Below, in pieces: positions 1-11,000 of a stretch of 43,915 nucleotides of DNA. A program made the translations under genes and the position numbers. The notes beneath the pieces were generated by a model, which was given only the letters and a program-made list of their open reading frames with translations, was not told the origin of the DNA and did no database searches. Where the stretch lies: positions 1-43,915 of the forward strand of contig JWZX01002646.1 in the NCBI GenBank assembly GCA_001275005.1, read 5' to 3'. Origin of the DNA: Chrysochromulina tobinii (lineage: Eukaryota). Within the stretch, counting starts at the first letter, position 1. Each line of letters opens with the position of its first letter.

Positions 1-15
1 TGAGAGAAGAAATGA

Positions 16-87
16 CCCTAACCCTAACCCTAACCCTAACCCTAACCCTAACCCTAACCCTAACCCTAACCCTAACCCTAACCCTAA
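16..87 (+). repeat. Telomere-type repeat (CCCTAA)12
   Basis: 12 perfect CCCTAA units from 16 to 87, preceded by 15 non-telomeric bases. A degenerate echo (cctaacccgaaccctaat) lies near 196-213. Confidence 0.95.
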
Positions 88-258
88 CTCTTAGGTATGT
101 CGGATGGCAACGGGAGGCGGGTGACGAGTGTGGGGAAGGAGTCGATCTTTTGCGGGGGAAAAAGGAAAGAAAACAGTAGTCCATACGCACCCTTACCTAA
201 CCCGAACCCTAATCTTAAGCGGCTCCCACACAGGTCCGAGGATGGACTACCTAAGCCT

Positions 259-3200
259 CTAGCTATCGTCAAGACTATGATTGCCCGGCATGCCTGGGGA
301 AATGTGAGCTCTATCAATCCCAAGGTATTTATCAACCAGATCCACGATCGTGTTCATGGAATCGGGCACTGTGAGCACTGTGCCAGAGTGCGGGATGGAG
401 TTCACCTTGCTGAGGTGCTCCTGCACACGATATATCATGAGCTCCGAGTCCTCGTCCGTAAACCTCGCCCACTGATCTTTGTGGCCGGGTACCTTATCCT
501 CAAATCGGATGGGTAGTACTGGGATACCCTTCTTGATGGCCGCGTTAATCTCTTTCAAACACGGCTTGGACTCGAAGAGTGCCACGGTCAACACGACGAT
601 CAGTACCTTGGCTTGCGCACGTCGCGAGTTCAGGCGGAGCATGAAGACTTCCCAATCGGTACCCGGTGGGACGTGCAGCCCGCTGAAGCATCGCACGCCG
701 CGCTCATGGAGGATCTTGAGGATCCCCGCCGCATAATACATGCCCGGTCCAGCACCATCGCAGTCCTGCCCAGAACGGCGACCCGACGCGTACGAGATCA
801 CCACTTCAGGATAGAAGTCATTGAATAACACGCCCTTCGGCAATAGCGCGAGCACTCGGCTCTTAACAACCTGCGTCATCTGCTCGGAGATCACATATGG
901 CACGGCGAATCGTTCCTCAGCATTCCAGCTCTCCAACGGTTGCGAGCGTACTGCGCCCCACTCTGGCTGCGCCGGCCGCGCGACTGGCAGCGCCCACCCC
1001 CACTGCTTAAAAAGGGGGGAAAAGGCTGTTGGCAGACGTTGCAGCTGGGCGACCGGCTCGAAGGCCAACTCGGCAGCGGGCCCCGGCTTGGCGCTCTCCG
1101 CCCTCTCAGCTGCAACCCTCTCAGCTGCGGCCTTCTCGGCCGACCAACTCCCAAGCTGGACGGTTGATTGGCGTGCAAAGTTGCGTGCACTGTCGACGAG
1201 CTGAGAAATCGGACTGGCAGCGGGCGTCGTAGCGGTGCACCGCGTTAGAGCTCCGCAGGGAATAAGCCATAGCGTTGAGCCTTGGTCATCCAAAAGAACC
1301 ATGCAATTTCCAGAGTCGTTTACGGTCTTGACGGTGCCCACACTTCCGTCATGAAAGGATAACGATCCCATCCCTGCTGCTTTGTACGCAGCTTCCCACC
1401 GAGTCTTGTCCAATGTACGGACACGGAGGCCAGCGTGACACTCTGCCTTTGTTAGCGCAGTGCCATCGGGCGCCATCACATTCTCCGCCCAGCTGAATAT
1501 TTGGTACTTAGTGCCGTTGAACCCGCCCAATGCAATGCACCACTCCTTGAGGTCATCGATCGTCTGTTTCTCCTCAATGCTCACTGAGCTCCATGACTCA
1601 TCTGTGAAGACTCGTACGCGCAAGAGGCGCGCTTGACTGTCAACGTGCAGCTCTGTGGGCTTGTTGAAGCAATCAAAGCGTCGCAGCACGCCGCCGCCCG
1701 TGCCTGTCGAGTTAATGCCGTACTTCCCTCTCTGATAGAGGTAATCTGGCCCCGCTTTCTGTCTGGGCACGAGCCCAAAGTCGAATGAACTGTTGCCCGT
1801 CACACGGAATCGGATGGTGACTGCTTTGTCCGCAAGCGCAGAGGGCGATGCGACCCATATTGGCCCGCTAGGAAAGCAAAGGTGCCCAGAGCTGCTGAAG
1901 CTGAAGCCACTTGCCGGAATTGCAAGGCGCGCGCGTACGTCCGACTCACTGAGCATCCCCACCTTCCCCACCACAGCCGAGACCCCACCAGCAGGAGCCG
2001 CCGGGACAACATCAACCAGATGCAACCAGAAGGTATTCGAGTCCGAAAATTCGACCTTGTATGGCATATCGTCATCGCCATCGTCCTCGATGAGGGTGCC
2101 CGTTTCGCCCGTTCGATAAGCACCGCCGACGACAAGCACGCTCTGCCCGACCTGTAGCCGAGAGCCGGTGGCGACTGCGGATGGCTGTGGGAAGAATTTG
2201 GACGCGCACGCGTGGCAGGCGTCAAAGTCGCAGTCGCTGCAGTAGTAGCTGTGTTCCCCACCGGAGCTCCTGCACACGTCGCAGATGTAACCCCGATCAC
2301 GGCGGTGAAACTTGAGGATGTGCTGATGCTGTGTCACTTTGACGGTGTCCGGGGCGAGGGTGAGACTCGAATAGTCGCGAGTGGTTTCACTCATTTGGCG
2401 CTTGCTAGCGTCCCAGCTGCCCAGAGGCACCGCCACGCACACGCCGTACTGTGAAAAGTTCCAGCCATTTTCTGCTGAGCCAATGCCTGCCTGGCAAATC
2501 TTCCAGTACGTGCCGTCATAGTAGATGGCTCCGGTGCCGCCCTCGCGCGTGTAGCATGGCCCTCCATTTCGCAGATGGCCTGGGATGAGATTGTACGTGC
2601 CCGAACAGTTGGCCCTTCTGTCGCCCGACTGAACACGGATGCGCACCTGGGTCGCCGTGGACACCGTCGTGCTGGCGGTAACCACCTCCATATCGGAGCT
2701 TTTGCCCGTCCAACCGGAGTGGTCGGGGAAATCAACCTTCAGGTCGCCGTCCGGATCGACGCGTTTGACGATCCCCACCTTGTCATGGGTGACGCCACCC
2801 CAGCCGTAGGTTGGATTCGACACGCTCCGCTTGACGTGCACGCGCGCGCCCACGCACAGCGTGCTGACGCCGGTGAGCTCCGGGGACAACGTCGAGGGCG
2901 CCTTGGTGCATTGTGCGCGCCCGGGCTTGGCACAGCACACGCCGCACAGCCCGCAGTGTGCACAGCCCCCCGGACCCGTCTGCGGCGACGGGCCGTACAT
3001 CCCGCATCCATGGCATTTCACGGAGCCACTCCAAGGCGTTTGCCTATGCGCCGATTGCTGCAGCGAGCCAACCTTTTGGAGCTCTCCCTCCTTGAACCAC
3101 CACTTATTGCCGTCACCGAACTCCACCTTGAACGGGCGACCCGTCTTGTCGTCTTCGAGTAGTCTGCCAGTCTGGCCCACGTACGAGCGCGTCGACGAGT

Positions 3201-3903
3201 CAGATGCGCTGAGCACAAGCACTGTGGCACCCACCTGCGGGCGCCCGCCCGCGCTGTCGTCGCCCACTCTGGCCACGGTGGGGCATGGCAACACGTCGCT
3301 GCCAGAGTACCCATCCTTGGTCCACTGGCCGCATGGCACCGAGCCGCTCGAGCCCTTTTTCGAGTAGTACCAGCCACCCGTATTGTCCGTATCGCTCATT
3401 CGCCACCCATACTGCCCCCCACCATAGTAGAGGATCGCTCTCCCGCCCTCTTTTGTGTACAGCGGCGCGCTGTTGTGCTGCCGCGTGTAGCTGTAGGTAC
3501 CATTGATGGTGCTCGCGCAAATGCCACCCGCGCCGCTCACGACGTACTCTCCCACGGTCGCCTCGATGAGGTCGGTGCCACCCGCTTTCTCCGTGCGATA
3601 CTTGTTGCTGCTGCCCTTATCCCACTTGACGCGAACCCACCCGTCAGAGTCGACTTCTGTGATGGTGCCCGCATTCCCCGCCCCGCCATCCTGGTCGCCC
3701 CACTTCCAGTCGGGGCCACGCCTGACGCGGGCGCCCGCGCTGAACGAACTTGCCGCCGCACGACGAAGCTCCATGCGGCGCTCGAGCTCTGCTTGATCCT
3801 CGATCTCGGCCTCCATCAGCGCCGCTGCGAGCGCGGCGTCCGAAACGTCGAACGGGTCCGAAACGTTGTCATCGTCGCTGTCGTCGTCTAAGAAATGCGG
3901 CAT
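259..3903 (-). CDS. Multidomain protein: MIB/HERC2, SH3-like repeats, C1/ZZ-like zinc finger and C-terminal TIR (TIR_2-like) domain
   Basis: 1214-aa ORF. GARVRRGPDWKWGDQDGG..GTI..GWVRVKWD is the MIB_HERC2 motif. VGARVHVKRSVSNPTYGWGGV...DGDLKVDFP is a KEG-type HERC2/SH3 repeat. HQHIL...CDVC...YYCSDCDFDACHAC is a C1/ZZ-like finger. VVISYAS...VLIVVLTVALFESKPCLKEINAA..IPVLPI follows the TIR pattern. Confidence 0.8.
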   Translation of the reverse strand: MPHFLDDDSDDDNVSDPFDVSDAALAAALMEAEIEDQAELERRMELRRAAASSFSAGARVRRGPDWKWGDQDGGAGNAGTITEVDSDGWVRVKWDKGSSNKYRTEKAGGTDLIEATVGEYVVSGAGGICASTINGTYSYTRQHNSAPLYTKEGGRAILYYGGGQYGWRMSDTDNTGGWYYSKKGSSGSVPCGQWTKDGYSGSDVLPCPTVARVGDDSAGGRPQVGATVLVLSASDSSTRSYVGQTGRLLEDDKTGRPFKVEFGDGNKWWFKEGELQKVGSLQQSAHRQTPWSGSVKCHGCGMYGPSPQTGPGGCAHCGLCGVCCAKPGRAQCTKAPSTLSPELTGVSTLCVGARVHVKRSVSNPTYGWGGVTHDKVGIVKRVDPDGDLKVDFPDHSGWTGKSSDMEVVTASTTVSTATQVRIRVQSGDRRANCSGTYNLIPGHLRNGGPCYTREGGTGAIYYDGTYWKICQAGIGSAENGWNFSQYGVCVAVPLGSWDASKRQMSETTRDYSSLTLAPDTVKVTQHQHILKFHRRDRGYICDVCRSSGGEHSYYCSDCDFDACHACASKFFPQPSAVATGSRLQVGQSVLVVGGAYRTGETGTLIEDDGDDDMPYKVEFSDSNTFWLHLVDVVPAAPAGGVSAVVGKVGMLSESDVRARLAIPASGFSFSSSGHLCFPSGPIWVASPSALADKAVTIRFRVTGNSSFDFGLVPRQKAGPDYLYQRGKYGINSTGTGGGVLRRFDCFNKPTELHVDSQARLLRVRVFTDESWSSVSIEEKQTIDDLKEWCIALGGFNGTKYQIFSWAENVMAPDGTALTKAECHAGLRVRTLDKTRWEAAYKAAGMGSLSFHDGSVGTVKTVNDSGNCMVLLDDQGSTLWLIPCGALTRCTATTPAASPISQLVDSARNFARQSTVQLGSWSAEKAAAERVAAERAESAKPGPAAELAFEPVAQLQRLPTAFSPLFKQWGWALPVARPAQPEWGAVRSQPLESWNAEERFAVPYVISEQMTQVVKSRVLALLPKGVLFNDFYPEVVISYASGRRSGQDCDGAGPGMYYAAGILKILHERGVRCFSGLHVPPGTDWEVFMLRLNSRRAQAKVLIVVLTVALFESKPCLKEINAAIKKGIPVLPIRFEDKVPGHKDQWARFTDEDSELMIYRVQEHLSKVNSIPHSGTVLTVPDSMNTIVDLVDKYLGIDRAHISPGMPGNHSLDDS

Positions 3904-4605
3904 GCAGCCTGGATAGTGTGCTTCTTGGCAGCTTCCGCGATTGGTACGGCCGGCGTAGCTCGCTCGCTAATCCTCCTTGAAGTGCTCGACACTTTACGAG
4001 CGCGCTGAAGAATCTCGGGCCCAAGCAACATGAACTATCAGAGATATGGTGTGAAAGGGGGTGTGAATGTGGGAGTATGAGGAAAAAAGCCCAGAAAAAA
4101 ACGCCTCCACCGTCAAACACGCACCGCGCGTCGGCATCTTGCATCCACCTCTGACGTGTCCTGTGGTTGGCGCTTTCAGGCTAAGGTCTTCGGCCCGTGA
4201 CATGCCTCGCTGCTCCCCACACGGCACACGGACACGCGCACCAAGGGCGGGGGCTGGACACGCGTGCGTCTTGCCGCGCGGCGGGAAGCAGCGCCGGTCG
4301 CAAGTTCAGCGAGAATGTTCTTCACAAGTCGAGTCAAGTCTAAACATAAACAACCACTGACAAACATAGACTGAAGACTCCTTATTTGCTTGACTTCTTC
4401 ACACGGCTCTCCTGCTCGCTCCTTCCTCCTACTCGCTACTGTCGCTGCTCAGTCGCTCCGCTCCGCGCCGTCCTCGTTCGATCAGGCCCCGCTCGCCCCG
4501 GCGCACATCGGCCGCCCCTCTCCAAGCACTACGACCCCGAGCGCGCGAATCCCGGTGCAGGGCCCTCCCTCTCGCGCGACGGCCGTCACAGCTTGCTAAC
4601 GGCCT

Positions 4606-6615
4606 TCACAGCTTGCCAACGACCGCGCCGACGATGGCCTGGCGGTGTCCCATCTTCTTGATATCCATCTCCTTGAGCGCGTCCATCAGCTCCTTTTCGC
4701 CGTCGCCGCGCGAGACGATCTCCTCGAGCAGCTCAATCGAGGTCATCTCCTCCTCGACAAAGCGCGAGATGTACATCTCTAGCCCGAGCTCGGTGAGCAT
4801 CGCGGACGAGTCTGCCCAACGCTCCGATGCGCGTGGCTTCTGAGTGCCGCGCGTGCCTCCGGCCACGGTCGGCAACGCGGCGCTCGCGCCAGCCGCACTC
4901 GCGCCCGCCGCCGCCGCCGCGCTGCCCGTCGCCGCCGGCGCCGGCATGGATTCACCGCCCGCCTCCTCGGCGAGCTTGCGTATGGCCGCCTGCAGCTCAA
5001 AGTACATGTCGTTGGCGGAGGCCTCGTCGCCGAATTGGAGAATGGTTCGCTCGCGGTACTTGCCGTAGGCGCTCTCGCCCCCCTTGTGCGACGAGAGCGC
5101 CTCGAGGAGCGTCGTCTGCGTCAACTCGGCGACGGAGAGTGTCCTGGTGATCAGATTGAGCTTCTCGTCGCGGACGAGCTGCGCGATGGCCTCGAGCATG
5201 GCCACATACGCCTCGGGTCCATTGTCAGCGACCCACAGGGGTAGGTTGAAGCCGTGGAGGGAGATCTGCTGGTACATGATGAGCGAAGGCGAGAGTTGCG
5301 GTACCTGGCCGTTGGCCATCGAGTGCACCACGAGCGTGCCGCTCGGACGCAGCGCGATGGCGAGCCGTCTGCCCGCCTCGCCCCCTAGGCCGTCCACAGC
5401 GAGCCTCGGCATCTCCGCGCCCAGATCTTTGAGAAAGGCGACGACGTTGGAGGTATCCTTGAGAACCATGGTGCCACCGAGCTTGAGGAGCATCTCCCTG
5501 ACGTGCTCGAAGGACGGGTCGTCGGGCACCAGGTTGATCGTCCGGATCTTGAGCAGCTTACAAAGCTGGATGAGGGCCTGGCCGACAGGCAGGTCGGCAC
5601 CGTTCTGGATGATCGTGTCGCCCGGCTTGACGTTGCCATAGTCCTCGAGCAGCCGGTACGCGGTGCAGAGCGAGCGCGAGCACGCATAGTGCGGCAGCGG
5701 CAGCAGCTGCGCGGGCACTCTCAGCAGCCGCGAGGAGTCACATACACACAGCGTGCCCCAGCACCCGATAGGCGCCTTGCGCGCGTCGGGCATGGCGAGG
5801 ACCCAGTCCTTCACCTCGAGGGCGTACTTGGAGAGGCTGGGCACATTCTGCGCGGTGGCGAGTACGATACCGACACCCTCGACACCTGCGACCGCCGGCA
5901 GCTCGACATCCTCCCACTTGTTGGCTGTACGATTGAAGGGCGCAAAGTCGTTGAGGATGGAGAGGGACGTCTGTGCGCGCAGCAGGTCCTCGTCGCTGAC
6001 GCACGCGGCGAGCATGTGGACGAGCACCTCGCCATGCGCGAGCTTCTCGGGCAGCCGGCGCGCCTTGTCCACGTATAGCACCTCCTCAGGCGGCCCATTC
6101 TTGTCGTAGACCACCGCCGTCGTGCTCAGCGGCGGCAAGTAGGTCGACGTGTCGTCCGACGCTTGCATGCCACCACGCTTGGAGCGCAGCAGGTCTTCGG
6201 CCGTGTAGAACCCCGTGTTGCCCAGGCCCTTTTGGTTCCGCAGCCACGCATCGAAGCCCGCCGAGTGCGACATGCTCGCGCCACCCTGTGTGAGCTGGCC
6301 CTTGGGGTCCTCCTTCTTGGCCACCTCCATGGCTGATGAGATGTTAACCGTCTTCCTAGGCGCGTAGGCGCTCGACGCCTCTGCAAACGACTCGCCAAAC
6401 TGCTTCGCGGCGCCTCCCTCGGCGGCGCGCGATTGGTCGTGCGCCGCGCGCCGCTGCGGATCCGAGAGAGTGTCGTACGCCTTTTGGATGGTCGCCCACG
6501 TTGCTGGGCTGCCGCCACGGTCAGGGTGGTGGAGCATGGCCTTCTCTTTGTACGCGTTGCGCACCTCTTCGGTCGTCGCCGTGCGCGCTACGCCGAGCAA
6601 GCCGTACGCGTCCAT
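4606..6615 (-). CDS. J-domain, MDR-family (trans-2-enoyl-CoA reductase/MECR-like) domain and SAM domain fusion protein
   Basis: Probable start is MDAYGLLGV (ATG at 6615). The J-domain has HHPD. GPPEEVL, AGVEGVGIV and KPGDTIIQNGA..VGQALIQL are MECR-like. The C-terminal LTELGLEMYISRFVEEEM...IKKMGHRQAI is a SAM domain. Confidence 0.85.
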   Translation of the reverse strand: MDAYGLLGVARTATTEEVRNAYKEKAMLHHPDRGGSPATWATIQKAYDTLSDPQRRAAHDQSRAAEGGAAKQFGESFAEASSAYAPRKTVNISSAMEVAKKEDPKGQLTQGGASMSHSAGFDAWLRNQKGLGNTGFYTAEDLLRSKRGGMQASDDTSTYLPPLSTTAVVYDKNGPPEEVLYVDKARRLPEKLAHGEVLVHMLAACVSDEDLLRAQTSLSILNDFAPFNRTANKWEDVELPAVAGVEGVGIVLATAQNVPSLSKYALEVKDWVLAMPDARKAPIGCWGTLCVCDSSRLLRVPAQLLPLPHYACSRSLCTAYRLLEDYGNVKPGDTIIQNGADLPVGQALIQLCKLLKIRTINLVPDDPSFEHVREMLLKLGGTMVLKDTSNVVAFLKDLGAEMPRLAVDGLGGEAGRRLAIALRPSGTLVVHSMANGQVPQLSPSLIMYQQISLHGFNLPLWVADNGPEAYVAMLEAIAQLVRDEKLNLITRTLSVAELTQTTLLEALSSHKGGESAYGKYRERTILQFGDEASANDMYFELQAAIRKLAEEAGGESMPAPAATGSAAAAAGASAAGASAALPTVAGGTRGTQKPRASERWADSSAMLTELGLEMYISRFVEEEMTSIELLEEIVSRGDGEKELMDALKEMDIKKMGHRQAIVGAVVGKL

Positions 6616-7310
6616 CGTTGCGCAGTCGGCACACGCCGTCGACGTCGACAGCTGCTCGATCGGGACCGCGACGGCCCAGGTGATCGATCGGCACAATGCA
6701 AACTTCTCATAAACTTCGTCAACTGCTCGACTCTCAATGTACAATGTACATGTACCGGTACCCTTCCGACAGGCGGCCAATTTGTCGCGGCCACACCCTT
6801 TCCAATGGTTTGTCAAGGGGGATGTTTGCCCGTAGACGGGTCTTGAGACGGGTTATGGGTTACCCCGGGCCCAGGGCCCGGGCCCCGGCGACGACCCGTG
6901 TGCCGTGCACTTCGGCTTCGACCTTCGTGACCCGTGTGGATGCATCTGTGCGCCCATATCAACGCTCTGAGAGACCGCATCCTTACATACACCCGACTAA
7001 CACCCGACTTCTCGCCCCGCTCCCGCGTCCCCCGGCTTCAAACGCGTGCTTTTTCAACCTTGTATTATGTTTACAACGTGTGTGGTGTGTCGCCACGTTT
7101 CGTCAGAGATCATCCTACTGTAGTTGGAAACTATTTTTGGTCAATCTGATGGTCCCGCACTCGGTATCGCTCGGGCTCGAGTCGACATTGAATTCCGGCG
7201 ACTCCCACATTCAACCCTTCCGCCCGACACAGCGCTGTATTCGACGCGTCTGCTAAGGTGGCGACAACCCCTCCCTCGGACCCTGGACCTACTGGCTGCG
7301 TGTGTGCCAC

Positions 7311-7802
7311 CTACCGCATGCGCCTGCTCGGCCCCAGGCCCTCAGGCAACGCATTTTCGTTGGCCGAGAGCGAGAGAAAGAAGCCAAAGGGCACCAGCCA
7401 CACGTTGAGTACAAAGAAGCATAGCACGTGCGTCGTTTGGTGGAAGTGCGACAGAAAGTGCTGAAGCCAGACCACGTGCGAGGCCACCAGCATGAGCGCA
7501 GATGCCAGGCACGCAGGAGAGAGGAGCTTCACGAACGGGAAGCTCTGGAGCAGCCAAAAGTAGCACCCGTGAGCCGCTAGGCCCACCCCGAGCGCCGCGA
7601 GCGGAAGGCTCTCGAAGCACGCGAAGAGCACGTGCACCACGAGCACAAGCATGGTACTGGCCGTGAGGATGCGGCGCGTGAGCACTGTGTGCTCCTCCAC
7701 CACCTCGCACAAGTAGTACAGGCCGCTCGCGAGGCACACGGCCACAAACAGCAGGAAGATGTAGCCGGCTACGTAGACGACGGCGTTGAACACAAGACCC
7801 AT
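7311..7802 (-). CDS. TEX261: TEX261/Svp26 (Erv26 family) ER-Golgi cargo adaptor; the 3' end may be spliced
   Basis: CLASGLYYLCEVVEEHTV..RRI, LQSFPFV and VWLVPFGFFLSLSANENALP are hallmark Erv26-family motifs. Several hydrophobic helices are present. Confidence 0.9.
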   Translation of the reverse strand: MGLVFNAVVYVAGYIFLLFVAVCLASGLYYLCEVVEEHTVLTRRILTASTMLVLVVHVLFACFESLPLAALGVGLAAHGCYFWLLQSFPFVKLLSPACLASALMLVASHVVWLQHFLSHFHQTTHVLCFFVLNVWLVPFGFFLSLSANENALPEGLGPSRRMR

Positions 7803-8086
7803 GGCTCGCTCCCGCGGACTCGGCAGGGCCGTGCCGCGCCTCACACGCGTCCGCGAGGGTCAGTGGAGAGGCGCTTGACGGACAAGGCGGATGACGCGAA
7901 GGCCACGTCATCCGAAAATTTTCCTCCCGACCCAACACCAACCACACAGCCGCGCCTAATGCCAACCCACACATTTCCGCTTTGTCGCCTCAATCTCTTC
8001 TCACGCCTAGTATGGGTCTCTAACTTGGGGTGTCTTGGGCCGGTTCCCGGCAGCACCGCCCTCAACAGCAAGGGGAGCGCGGCGCC

Positions 8087-11000
8087 ATGCGACGCGGGAC
8101 GCCAAGCCTCGACGACGAGGTGGAGGAGTCCATCGAACTCGCGCATGATGAGGACGAGGGAACGCCCTCCAATCTCGTCACGACACGTCACACGCGCAGC
8201 CACTACGACCTGCATAACCGGAAGAGCGGCGGCATCTCAGCGCGGCACGCCACCCGTGAGATCCATGGCCACACGGCGACGCGCGTGCCGCTGCAGCCGC
8301 GCGTCTCGACACCGCCGTGCCCTCCTGGAAGCTCCTTGGGCGGCTCGGGCGGTGTCGCCGGCGCGAGTGGTGCAGGCCGTCACAGCTGTGGCAGCTGCTC
8401 AAGCTTGACATCGTCAGCGACTCCAGCGTGTGCGAGCTCGGGGCAGCACTCGGCGCGGCGCGCGGGCGGCAACCGCCCGCCGCTGCAGCCGACGCGCGAG
8501 CTGCGCGTCGAGCCGACTACGCGCGAGCTGCGCGTCGAGCCGACACGCGAGCTGCGCGTCGGCAAGGGCGTAGCCCCCGCGGCCACCACCCGCGTCTTCT
8601 CACAGCTCCCGAATTCGCCGGTGCGCCGGCTGGTGGGCGCCTCACGCTCAGAGATGGCGAACTACGGCATGGCACCGCCCTCGCCCGAGGGCTTCCTCGA
8701 GGGCTCCGTCCCCGGCTCACCATGCGCGCCTGGCTCGCCGGGCCCCAAGGGCGCGATCGGCGCGTCTCGGAGCGAGGCGGTGCACTCGGCGATCGGCTGG
8801 CACGGGGCGGACGAGCACGGCGACCACGGCGACCACGAGGACGGCTACGGCCCCGCGCCCGACGACGAGCTCCCGGGCGGCGCCCACGATGGTGCTGATG
8901 TTGAGGAGCGCCCCATCTCGGACGACAGGGTCCGCAGCGGGCACCGGCACGGGCCGTGGTACCTGCCAGAGTCGTTTGCGGCGGATCCCCACGGGCAGCT
9001 CGACCTGGCGCGCTTGCCGGGGGTCGGCTCTCGCGGGGCCGACGGCTACTCGCGCGGGCGCATGTCGGCTGTGAGCGCGTATGACGAAATCGAAGAGGAC
9101 ATCGAGCTCGATGAGCACTTCGGTGGTGGAGGCGGCGGGCGCGCCTCGTCGTTCAACCGCGCCTCGTCGGTCAACTCGTCCGTGCACTCCAACTCACCCG
9201 CGCACACGCCCTCTCTCATCCCCGCCACGCCCACCAACCGGCTGCGCCACGCGGACGATCTCGTCACTCGAGATGGCAAGTACCTCAATCCACACGGCGG
9301 CGGGCAGGGTGGTGGGCAGGGTGGTGGGCAGGGTGGTGGGCCAGCGCGAGGCAGCCGCCGCAGCAGCGCCGCAGGCGAGGGAGCGGCACAACGGGAGAGT
9401 GGCGTCTCCCCACAGGACGGCGACGTGGCCGAGGTGCCGGGGCTCGAGGAGGGTGCCGACGCGCCGCCGCCGGCGGTAGTGCGCGCGAGCTCCGCAGACG
9501 ATTTCGATGCGCAGAGCGACTCAAGGGGCGCCGTGCCGGGCGTGGCGGACTCACAGGGGCTGAACCTCACCGCGCCGCCCGCCCTCCTTCGCGCACAACT
9601 CGCGTCGGTGCGACGGCCGCCGCCGGCTAAGGAGGCGTACCCTACGGGCGAGGCGGCGGCCGCAGAGGCGGCAGAGGCGGCGGCTTCTAAAGAGGAGGCG
9701 GCCGAGGAGGCGGCCGAGGAGGCGGCCGAGGAGGCGGCCGAGGAGGCGGCCGAGGTCGAGGCAGCCATCGCGGCCGCGACGCATCGCGCCCAGCACGGCG
9801 CCTCCCTCGACGATGAGTCGTCCGAAGTGCTCATGATGGCGCTCATGTTGGACGCGGGCGCGAGTCCCGTTCGTCGGGCGGGCGGGCGCAGCAGCAGCAG
9901 CAGCAGCCGGCACATCACCGCCGCCGAGGTCGACACCGCGGAGGCTGCCTTCGAAGCCCACCTGAGCCAAGCGCACCTGAGCACCCAAGCTCATCTCACA
10001 GCGACACCGACCCCCTCGGCCGGGGCGGCGTCGCCCGACACGGCGCGCGACAAGGGGGACGAGGACGCGCTCGCGCGCCGCCAAGCCCTCGCCGCTGCCC
10101 GAGCTCTCGAAGAGGCACTCGAGGCGAGCGCGGCGGGCGGCGGCTTGCGACTGGGCGTGGCCCTTGGGCGAGGGCCGCGTGGCACGATGGAGGACCGTGT
10201 GCAGCTGCAGCCGCTCGCGCCGCCACCGCTGCCGCCCTCGCCCACGCGCGCCGTGTTGGGCGCCGGCCGCGCGCCCACTGCTGGCGGCGCCGCCGACGCA
10301 GCCGCGCTCGACGCGGCGCCTGCCGCGTACCTGGCCGTGTTTGACGGGCACAACGGGGCGGCGGTCGCACACTCGGCGAGCACGGGCTTGCATCTGTACC
10401 TCAAGCGCCGTCTACTCGCCAACTCGCGCGCCCACTTCGCGGCCGCCGAGGCGTCTCGACGAGGGCTGGACAGCGACGGAGAGACTCCAGCGCTGCCCCT
10501 GTCGGCGTCGGGGCTGAGCGAAGCGCTCGCGGGAGCCTTTTGCGACTTTGACCGTTGGCTGCATGCGAACGCGCGCCCCAGCTCGGGCCGGCATCCCCCG
10601 CCTGGAGGCGCCGAGACGGCGCTCGGAGGCGCGGCCGAGGGCGCTGTGCTGAGCGCTGGGCATGAGAGCGCTGGCGTGGGCGCGGCTGACGGGTTCGAGC
10701 CCGGGGTGCATGCCGACGTGGAGGGGGAGCATGCCGACGTGGAGCCGCTCGAGCGGCTCGAGCGGCTCGAGTCGTGGAGCCGCTCGAGACGTGGCGCCCA
10801 CGACGACGCGAGCGCCCACGGCGACGCGGAGGGCGCTGCCTCGCCCACGACGGCGCGTGTGCGCGAGGCGGCCCTGCACGCCCTGCAGATGCAGGAGCAC
10901 CTGGCCGCCGAGGAGGCGGCGACGGTCGCGACCCATGCGAGCCACCCCGGGGCGAGCCACCCCGCGCATGGTGGAGGCACTACAGCGCTCGTGTGCGTCA

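Noticed and set aside
4581..4620. 20-bp imperfect tandem duplication spanning the DnaJ-fusion TGA stop, considered as possible recoding
   Set aside because: The SAM domain ends naturally there. There is no redox motif or evident SECIS, so it is most simply a small local duplication.
6616..6816. N-terminal extension of the DnaJ fusion given by the ORF track
   Set aside because: It starts at a non-ATG codon in intergenic-looking DNA. The J-domain begins at the ATG at 6615.
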